Shown here: positions 53,557 through 60,953 of the stretch, one piece after another | Numbering within the stretch: the stretch's first letter is position 1 | How the letters are laid out: each line of letters starts with the position of its first letter | Source of the DNA: an uncultured Planctomycetales bacterium | GTDB lineage: Bacteria > Planctomycetota > Planctomycetia > Pirellulales > S012-138 | Direction: 5' to 3' | DNA: 64,000 nt | NCBI GenBank assembly: GCA_937927735.1 | Contig: CALBRZ010000002.1 | Location: 37,800 to 101,799, forward strand | Made by a program: the position numbers and the translations under genes | The notes under the pieces: model-generated | What the model saw: the letters and a program-made list of their open reading frames with translations, nothing else | Databases searched by the model: none | Told to the model about the DNA's origin: nothing

Positions 53557-53866
53557 GTCGATTCTCCTGGCCTCGTGCGAATGAGGGTGCGGGTTGCTTC
53601 GTACAAAATGGGGACGTTAGCCGCAATGACGAGTTGCAGTCAACGCCGGTTTATGCCACCGGGGCGGTAAACGGCGTGGCGCGCGGTCCGGGGCGGCCAG
53701 TGCTATCACTACCTGAGGGTGATCGGGATTCCCGTGGCCCAATCGCCCTAGGTCAAGCTGCGGTGATCGCTTACAATGCCGACCGCATACCAGGGGGGCG
53801 GCGCTGCGCGCTACCGCTGCCGCCCGAGACCGCGAAATCATCATCCATCCTCAAGGAGCGGCAAGG

Positions 53867-56800
53867 ATGCCCAACCTTGGCAGGCATCGATACGGACCAA
53901 TCGGTCCGCTGGGCGTACAGCCGATCACCGCCACGGCCAACGCGGCCGCTGGTGACATCGCGGTTCGCTGCGGCTCTTGCTTGGCCTGGGCCTGGTTGGT
54001 GCTGAGCCTGGTCCTGGTTGGCAGTGCCGCCTTCATGCCCACGAAGGCTGTGGCCATGGAACCGCTGGTGAGCCGGGCGATGGCGCAGGACGCCACGCTG
54101 TGGGCGATCGATTTTGTCGATCAGCAGCATGGCTGGGCCGTCGGCGATCGCGGCACGATCTGGCACACAAACGATGGCGGCAACACCTGGGTACCGCAGC
54201 GTTCGCCCGTGGCGTGCCCTTTGACGGGCGTCGATTTTCTTGATGCCCGACATGGCTGGGCCGTTGGCGGCTGGTTCGATCCTTACACGCATACTTCGCG
54301 CGGCGTCATTCTCTTTACCAACGACGGCGGCAACACCTGGACCGAAATCGAACAGGCCGTGCTGCCCGCCCTGCGTTCGATCAAGATGATCGATGGCGTA
54401 CGCGGCTTTGCCTGGGGGCAGCCCTCGGGCTTGTACCCTTCTGCCGTGTTCGCGACCGATGACAGTGGGCGGACCTGGATTCCGCTTGCGTCGGCTGCGG
54501 TCCAAAGCTGGGAAGCGGCCGATTTTGTCGATGCCTTCAATGGCGCGGTGGCCGGGCAACGTGCCACGATGGCCGCGGTGCGACGCCGGGCCTTGGAGCC
54601 GGCCAGCTTTCCGACGGTTGGCCCGCGGCATGTCAAAGCGATCAAGCTGCAAGCCGCCGGTCCCGGCTGGCTGGTCGGCAGCGGAGGGCTGGTGCTGACC
54701 AGCGCCGATCAAGGGCGCACGTGGCAGCTTCCAGCTTCGCCGCTTCCGCCTGCGGCGTATCAGCAATTTGATTTCGAAAGTGTGACGGCCGTGGGCCAGC
54801 ACTGCTGGATCGCCGGCAGCCCCGGCTCGCGCATCCTGTACACGCCCGATGCGGGCCGTACCTGGCAATGGCTCGACACCGGGCAAAGCCTGCCGCTGCA
54901 CGACGTGCGGTTTGTCGACGCCCAGCACGGTTTTGCCTGCGGGGCGTTGGGAACGATCCTGGCAACCAACGATGGCGGCCGCACCTGGCGGCGGCAGCGA
55001 AGTGGCGGCGCGCGGCTGGCCGTGTTGGCGCTATTGAGCGATCAACGCGGCATTGGCTGGGAACTGTTTGCCCAGGCCGCCGCCGGCGAAGGCTACTTGA
55101 GCCATATCCATGTGATCGGCAGCCCGACCGTGGGCGATACGGTAACCGCGCAGCTTCCCTACCGGCTGCATCAAGCCAGCCTGGCCGTGGGAGCCAGTGG
55201 CGCGAGCATCGCCTGGCAGTTCCCGCTGCCGCCCGAGCAGATCACCACCGGGCCGGAACAGATCATTCAGGTTTGGGATCGCCTGCACCAGCGGCAAGGC
55301 TTAACGCGGCTCGAAGAACACCTGGTGCGGCAGATTCGCCTGTGGAAACCCGAGGTCATTGTCACCCATGCCGCCACGCCGGCAGGCGCCGATCCGTTGG
55401 ATCACATCTTGAGCCAGGTTGTGGTGCGGGCGGTCGACCTGGCGGCCAATCCCGAACAGTTCCCGCAGCAGATCGAAGGAGCGGGCCTCAAGCCGCACGA
55501 GGTCAAAAAGGTGGTCGGGGCGTTGCCGCCGGGGCAATCGGGCGATTTCACCGTGGCCACCTCGCAGATCGTGCCGCGATTGGCGCAATCGCTCATCGGC
55601 ATGGGCGAGCAGGCTCGGGCCTTGTTGAACGAACCGACCGATGTGCCGAACTCGTGGGGCTTCCGGCTTTCGCATAGCCAACTGCCCTCGGATGCTGCCC
55701 GACGCGATCTGATGGCCGGCGTGATGCTTCAGCCCGGCAGCGACGCGCGGCGCACCCTCGACGAAGCGGCCGGCAACACCGATCGCCTCCGCTACGTGCA
55801 GCAGTACCAGAACGTGCGCAACATCATCCGCCGCGCGGAAGCCAATCCGCAGCAGCGGGCGAGCCTGCTCTCGGGCTGGAGTCATCTGACGGCCGATCTG
55901 TCGCCGCACGCCAAAGGCCAATTGCTGTTCACGTTGGCCCAGCAGCATCGCGCGGCGGGGCGCTGGGCCGAAGCCGCCGAGGTGTACCAGACCCTGGTCC
56001 GCACGCATGCCAACCATGCGACGGTGCCGGCGGCCTTGGCGTGGCTCACACATTACTACTCCAGCCACGAAGTCGCGCACTGGATGGCAAGCGAAACGCC
56101 CGCCGCGGGCATCGAAACCGCCGGCGGACAAATGATTCTTGCGCCGGGCGTGCAGCCGGCCGTTGCCGAGGGCGAAGGTGGGCTGCTCGTCGAGAAACGC
56201 GAAGGGCAAATCGTCCTCGGCCAGGGCCAAGGACAAATCACCATCGAACATGGCCAGGGGACCGTCGTTCCCGGTCAGGTCACGTCGCCCGAGGCCGCGC
56301 AGGTGATCCGCGCGACGGCCGAAGCGCCGATCAACCCGGTGGCGGCCGCTAGCCCTCGGCTGGGCCAACTGGTCGAACTGGCGAGCCTGTTGGAGCGTCG
56401 TTACCCCACGCTGTATGCCGAGCCGAGCTTACGGCTGCCGCTGGCGATGGCGCTTGCCCGGGAGGGTAAGGCGGATGCGGCGCAGCACTACTTCCAACTG
56501 TTGATGAGCACGCGGCCCCGTGATAGCTGGTGGCGCTGCGCGGCCGCCGAACGTTGGCTGGCGGAACAGGCAGGTCTTGCTGCCGCGGGACCCGAACGCC
56601 AGCCGCCCAAGCCGGCGGTTCCGTGCGCGGCTGCCGCGAGCAAACCGTATCTGGATGGCAAGCTCGACGACGAGGTCTGGCTGGCTGCTCGGCCCATCGA
56701 ACTGGCAAGCCCGGCCCGCGACGATGGTGAATGGGGCGCGGTGGCCTACGTGGCCTACGACGACGAGTTCTTGTATCTGGCCGCCACGTGTCGCAAGGCA

Positions 56801-57193
56801 CCGGGCGTGGACTATGCCGATGCCGCCACGCCTCGCCCACGCGATGGTGACCTGAGCCGTCACGACCGGGTGGAGTTCTTCATCGACATCGATCGCGACG
56901 CGGCCAGCTATTATCACCTGGCGATCGACCATCGCGGCTGGCCGAACGATGCCTGTTGGGGCAGCAAGGCTTGGGACCCCTCGTGGTACATCGCCGTCGA
57001 GAAGAACGAGGCCAGTTGGACCGTAGAAGCGGCGATCCCACTGAAAGAGCTGACGCCGCAAACGCCTTCACCTGGCACGGCCTGGTCGCTGGGCGTGCAG
57101 CGGATTGTGCCCGGGGTAGGCTTCCAAAGCTGGACGCAGCCGGCCGCTCCAACGCCGCGGCCTGAAGGCTTCGGGCTGATGCTCTGGCAGTGA
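53867..57193 (+). CDS. 1108-aa secreted multidomain protein: Ycf48/BNR-like beta-propeller, LmbE(PIG-L)-like domain, helical/TPR-like region and CBM9-like C-terminal domain
   Basis: Repeats of the type GWAVGDRGTIWHTNDGGNTW / ILFTNDGGNTW / VFATDDSGRTW / VLTSADQGRTW / ILATNDGGRTW. IRLWKPEVIVTHAATPAGADPLDHILSQVV resembles the PIG-L second motif. The C-terminus (PYLDGKLDDEVW...YDDEFLYLAATC...DRVEFFIDIDRDAASYYHLAIDHRG...WTVEAAIPLKEL) is CBM9-like. Confidence 0.8.
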   Translation: MPNLGRHRYGPIGPLGVQPITATANAAAGDIAVRCGSCLAWAWLVLSLVLVGSAAFMPTKAVAMEPLVSRAMAQDATLWAIDFVDQQHGWAVGDRGTIWHTNDGGNTWVPQRSPVACPLTGVDFLDARHGWAVGGWFDPYTHTSRGVILFTNDGGNTWTEIEQAVLPALRSIKMIDGVRGFAWGQPSGLYPSAVFATDDSGRTWIPLASAAVQSWEAADFVDAFNGAVAGQRATMAAVRRRALEPASFPTVGPRHVKAIKLQAAGPGWLVGSGGLVLTSADQGRTWQLPASPLPPAAYQQFDFESVTAVGQHCWIAGSPGSRILYTPDAGRTWQWLDTGQSLPLHDVRFVDAQHGFACGALGTILATNDGGRTWRRQRSGGARLAVLALLSDQRGIGWELFAQAAAGEGYLSHIHVIGSPTVGDTVTAQLPYRLHQASLAVGASGASIAWQFPLPPEQITTGPEQIIQVWDRLHQRQGLTRLEEHLVRQIRLWKPEVIVTHAATPAGADPLDHILSQVVVRAVDLAANPEQFPQQIEGAGLKPHEVKKVVGALPPGQSGDFTVATSQIVPRLAQSLIGMGEQARALLNEPTDVPNSWGFRLSHSQLPSDAARRDLMAGVMLQPGSDARRTLDEAAGNTDRLRYVQQYQNVRNIIRRAEANPQQRASLLSGWSHLTADLSPHAKGQLLFTLAQQHRAAGRWAEAAEVYQTLVRTHANHATVPAALAWLTHYYSSHEVAHWMASETPAAGIETAGGQMILAPGVQPAVAEGEGGLLVEKREGQIVLGQGQGQITIEHGQGTVVPGQVTSPEAAQVIRATAEAPINPVAAASPRLGQLVELASLLERRYPTLYAEPSLRLPLAMALAREGKADAAQHYFQLLMSTRPRDSWWRCAAAERWLAEQAGLAAAGPERQPPKPAVPCAAAASKPYLDGKLDDEVWLAARPIELASPARDDGEWGAVAYVAYDDEFLYLAATCRKAPGVDYADAATPRPRDGDLSRHDRVEFFIDIDRDAASYYHLAIDHRGWPNDACWGSKAWDPSWYIAVEKNEASWTVEAAIPLKELTPQTPSPGTAWSLGVQRIVPGVGFQSWTQPAAPTPRPEGFGLMLWQ

Positions 57194-57248
57194 GCGTGGG
57201 GTAGGGGACTGCTGCTCGCGCGGTTTGCACCGGCCGCGTGGGCGACGC

Positions 57249-57443
57249 TTAGGCTTGCAGATCGAGTAGGCCGCCTTTGCCAACTTCGTGGCTGAGCCGG
57301 GCCGCCGATTCCAGCAGTTGATGGACGGCCTCGCCTTGGGCTTCGACCACGTCGAGCTGCTTGCGCAGTAGCGCCGTCGAAAGCTGGCTGGCAAATGCCG
57401 CCTGCTGCGCTGCGATCACTTGACCGATGGCCGGATCCAACAT
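57249..57443 (-). CDS. YjfB-like small protein (putative motility protein family)
   Basis: 64 aa. AAQQAAFASQLSTALLRKQLDVVEAQGEAVHQLLESAARLSHEVGKGGLLDLQA follows the YjfB pattern (...vavlkKalD.qe.qG.a...Ll......lG..iD...). Confidence 0.55.
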   Translation of the reverse strand: MLDPAIGQVIAAQQAAFASQLSTALLRKQLDVVEAQGEAVHQLLESAARLSHEVGKGGLLDLQA

Positions 57444-57680
57444 GGCATTTCGTCGCGGTTGTGCCGCCGGCAGGCTGGACCATATGTGACGAGACGGAGC
57501 GGCGGCTTTCCAACGTATAGGTCATCCATCGGCGCTACGCGCCACGGAATTTGCCAGCAACCGCCAAGGTCCGGTTAGCGCGATTGGGCGGGGGGCGCCA
57601 CCGGGCCGGACCACCTGCAGCAGGCGTTCGCACAGATGGGGGGACACCTTGGCCGTGTTCCTCTGAGCCAGCACGAGTGG

Positions 57681-58469
57681 TCACTGCCGCCGGGCAAGAA
57701 TCCAGCGGATCAGCCACGGGTAGTTGCGGTTGCTCCAGGTGATGAACCAGGCTGTGAAGCTGGCGAAGATTTCTTTCTTGTTTTTGCGGATCGCCTTGAT
57801 GATCCGGCTGGCGACCGTGGCCGCCGATGGCGGTTTGCGCTGCCGCCAGGGCGTGTCGCCCTTGGCTTCGATCATCACGTCGAAGATCTCCGTGGCCGTG
57901 GTGGCTGGGCTGACCACCAGCACGTCGACGCCGCCCTCGTGAGCCTGCTCGGCCCGGAACGCATCGCTGAACCCACGCAGGGCAAACTTGCTGGCGCTGT
58001 ATTCCGACAGCTTGGGCAGCCCCACGTGGCCCAGCGTAGAAGCCACGTTAACCACCATCGGTTGCTGACCGGCTTTCAGTTCCGGCAGCGCCTCGCGAAT
58101 GAACTCCACCGGCGCGAAGAAGTTGACTTCGAACAACCGCCGCAGCCTGGCCGGGTCGGCTGTGGCAAAGGGGCCCATCGCCCCGATGCCGGCGTTGTTG
58201 ATCAACAGGTCGAGCCCGCCGAACGCCTCCTTGGCTTTGGCCAATGCCGCCGCTCGGACGGCCTGATCGGTCACGTCGCCCGCCACGTAGTGGAACGTGC
58301 CCGGCATCGACGCGCAGGCTTGAGCCAAGGCTTCCAGCCGATCCACGCGCCGGGCGATGCCCACCACGTGGGCTCCCTGCTGCACAAGCTGCAACACCAG
58401 TTCGCGGCCGATGCCGCTGGAAACGCCCGTGACGATGGCTCGGATGCCGGGGATGTTGCGTTTGGCCAT
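57681..58469 (-). CDS. short-chain dehydrogenase/reductase (SDR) with a hydrophobic C-terminal tail
   Basis: TGVSSGIGRELV (TGxxxGIG), NNAG, and catalytic YSASKFAL (YxxxK). Confidence 0.9.
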   Translation of the reverse strand: MAKRNIPGIRAIVTGVSSGIGRELVLQLVQQGAHVVGIARRVDRLEALAQACASMPGTFHYVAGDVTDQAVRAAALAKAKEAFGGLDLLINNAGIGAMGPFATADPARLRRLFEVNFFAPVEFIREALPELKAGQQPMVVNVASTLGHVGLPKLSEYSASKFALRGFSDAFRAEQAHEGGVDVLVVSPATTATEIFDVMIEAKGDTPWRQRKPPSAATVASRIIKAIRKNKKEIFASFTAWFITWSNRNYPWLIRWILARRQ

Positions 58470-58557
58470 AACTTGCCGGTCGGAAAAAGGCGGGAAACCA
58501 TCAACCGATCACAGCGACCTATGGTAGCCGCCGGCCGGGTCACCGCCCAGGCGGCGC

Positions 58558-59160
58558 TTACAGCGCGGCAAAGTTGGCCAGGATGCGCAGGCCATCGGCC
58601 TGGCTTTTTTCGGGATGGAACTGCGTGGCAAAGAGGTTGTCGCGCCAGATCGACGACGTGAACGGCACGCCGTACTCGGTGATGGTAGCGACCACGCTTT
58701 CGTCCTCGGGCACCACATAGTACGAGTGGACGAAGTAAACGTGGGTGCCGGCGGCCAGGCCATTGAGCACCGGCGAGGGCCGACGAATCTGAAGCTGGTT
58801 CCAGCCCATGTGCGGCACCTTCAGGTCGCTGGTTTCAAACCGCACGACCTTGCCGGGCACGATACCCAGCCCCTGGTGTTCGCCGTCTTCGTAGCTGACA
58901 TCGAACAGCAGTTGCAGTCCCAGGCAGATGCCCAGGAACGGTTTACCCTGTTCGACGGCCCGCTTCAGCGGCTCCACCAGGTTGCGGCGGTGCAACTCGG
59001 CAATGGCATCGGCAAAAGCGCCCACGCCCGGCAGCACGATCTTGGAGGCGGCGTCGAGCTGTTCCGGCTCGTTGGTGATGGTGGCCTGATGGCCGACCTT
59101 CGCAAACGCCTTTTCCACGCTGCGAAGGTTTCCCATCCCGTAATCGACAATCGCAATCAT
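58558..59160 (-). CDS. hisH: imidazole glycerol phosphate synthase, glutamine amidotransferase subunit
   Basis: Start at ATG 59160: [24 protein letters not shown]...[11 protein letters not shown]...[14 protein letters not shown]...HSY...QFHPEKS (Cys-His-Glu triad context). Confidence 0.95.
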   Translation of the reverse strand: MIAIVDYGMGNLRSVEKAFAKVGHQATITNEPEQLDAASKIVLPGVGAFADAIAELHRRNLVEPLKRAVEQGKPFLGICLGLQLLFDVSYEDGEHQGLGIVPGKVVRFETSDLKVPHMGWNQLQIRRPSPVLNGLAAGTHVYFVHSYYVVPEDESVVATITEYGVPFTSSIWRDNLFATQFHPEKSQADGLRILANFAAL

Positions 59161-59600
59161 CCGTTGTTCTCGTTGCGGACCATCTTTCGGGTCCGCTGTG
59201 CGGACCGCCAATGGGTACGTGCTTTAAAGTAGGGCCCGCGCTGCGGACCGTTGGGGGTGAGTTTAGCGCTGGATCGCCGCGGGCCGGGCGCAGCGGGCAC
59301 GGCTCGCAGAGCCGTGGCACCCATGGACCACCACCGCACAGCGCACCGGGGCCGTGACACCCGAGTGCGTGGCACACGAGTAACGACACCGGCGGTTGCT
59401 GCGGCGTTCGCGTGAGGGTCCATTATCGAACGCAGGGGGGAAACCGTCTAGCTACACCCTGCCGCGATGCGGGGAGGATCGCCGGCCGTGGCGATACCGC
59501 CCCCGGCTGACCCTCACCGCTCGGCGTGTTAAGATGGCGGCCGTTCTTGCTCGCGGGGGGCGTGTCCCATTCCCCCCTTCCATCACGCTGTGCGGTAGCC

Positions 59601-60815
59601 ATGTTGACGGTTGAAGAAGCCCTGGCTCTGGTGGTTCAGCACACTCGTCCGTTGGCCCCCCAGGTGTGTGCCCTGGCTCGCTGCTTGGGGCTGCGGCTGG
59701 CGGAGACAATTGTGAGCGATGTCGACTCGCCCCCTTACGACAAAAGCCTGATGGACGGTTACGCGGTCCGCAGCGCCGACCTGGCGACCGGCTCGGCCGA
59801 GTTGCGTGTGGTCGACGAGGTGACTGCCGGCGACGTCCCGCACCGGGCCCTGATGCCCGGCGATGCCGCCCGTATCATGACCGGCGCCCCGCTGCCTGAG
59901 GGGGCCGACGCCGTGGTGATGATCGAAGAAAGCGAGCTGCTGGGCGGCGATCCGCCGCGTGTCCGGCTGACGTGCCCCGGCCCGGTCAGGCCCGAGCAGA
60001 ACATCCTTCGCACCGGCGTGTGCATGCGGCGGGGCGAAGAAGTGCTCAGCCCCGGCCATTTGCTGCGGCCGGGCGATGTGGGGCTGCTGGCCGAAGTGGG
60101 CCGCGACCGCGTGCAGGTTTATCCGCGGCCGCACGTGGCGGTGCTTTCGACCGGTAACGAGCTGGTGCCCGCGGGCACCAAGCCTGGTCCGGGGCAGATT
60201 CGCAACAGCAACGGCCCGATGCTGTTGGCGATGGCCGCTTCCGCCGGGGCCGAAACGCGCGACCTGGGCATCGCCCGGGACGATCCCGAGGAACTTTATC
60301 GCCGCATTTCCCAGGGTTTGGAAAGCGACGCCCTGGTGCTCTCGGGCGGCGTATCCGCAGGCAAGATGGATCTGATTCCGCAAACGCTTGAGCGGTGCGG
60401 CGTGCAGGCCATCTTCCACAAGGTGCTGCTGCGGCCCGGCAAGCCGCTCTGGTTTGGCGTGCATCCTGAGCGGGGCACCCTGGTGTTTGGTTTGCCTGGT
60501 AACCCCGTGAGCAGCTTCGTCTGCTTCCACCTGTTTGTGCGGCTGGCGTTGCTGCGGCTGGCCGGTTCAGAGGCGACCGCTCCGCCGCTGCGGCGGGCCA
60601 GACTGGCGCAAGCCTTCCAGCAGAAGGGCGACCGGCCCACCTGGCACCCGGCCGCTTTGAGCGACGATGGCGAAACGCTCACTGCCCAGCCGGTTCGCTG
60701 GCAAGGTTCGGCCGACTTGCGGGCGCTAGCGACCGCGCAAGGACTGATCTACTTCCCCGCCGGCACGCGTGCTTACGAGGCCGGCGAGGAAGTCCAAGTT
60801 CTGCCGTTCGCATGA
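59601..60815 (+). CDS. moeA: molybdopterin molybdenumtransferase
   Basis: Start at ATG 59601: MLTVEEALALV...SPPYDKSLMDGYAVRSADL...RIMTGAPLPEGADAVVMIE...VLSTGNELV...GQIRNSNGPML...VLSGGVSAGKMD...LPGNPVSSFVCF. Confidence 0.9.
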   Translation: MLTVEEALALVVQHTRPLAPQVCALARCLGLRLAETIVSDVDSPPYDKSLMDGYAVRSADLATGSAELRVVDEVTAGDVPHRALMPGDAARIMTGAPLPEGADAVVMIEESELLGGDPPRVRLTCPGPVRPEQNILRTGVCMRRGEEVLSPGHLLRPGDVGLLAEVGRDRVQVYPRPHVAVLSTGNELVPAGTKPGPGQIRNSNGPMLLAMAASAGAETRDLGIARDDPEELYRRISQGLESDALVLSGGVSAGKMDLIPQTLERCGVQAIFHKVLLRPGKPLWFGVHPERGTLVFGLPGNPVSSFVCFHLFVRLALLRLAGSEATAPPLRRARLAQAFQQKGDRPTWHPAALSDDGETLTAQPVRWQGSADLRALATAQGLIYFPAGTRAYEAGEEVQVLPFA

Positions 60816-60870
60816 ATCAATACTCGCCGGGCTATATAGATTCGGCGGGATCGCAAGCACATCACAAAAA

Positions 60871-60901
60871 TAGCCGCGTTAGCGAACGGCTAACGCGGCT
60901 A
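60871..60901. terminator. bidirectional intrinsic terminator between convergent moeA and the panF-like gene
   Basis: aaaaa-TAGCCGCGTTAGC-gaacg-GCTAACGCGGCTA-tttt forms a perfect 13-bp stem flanked by an A-run and a T-run. Confidence 0.75.
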
Positions 60902-60953
60902 TTTTGATGGGTTGCGCCGTTATGACGCGCGTTTTATCAATACGGCCGGCGAC

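Noticed and set aside
59161-59600. Possible Moco riboswitch upstream of moeA, together with several small hairpins (for example cacggctc-gca-gagccgtg near 59291-59320 and gcggacc...ggtccgc near 59174-59196).
   Set aside because: I could not recognise the conserved Moco-motif sequence blocks, and hairpins alone are expected in GC-rich DNA. A scan with Rfam RF01055 is needed to decide.
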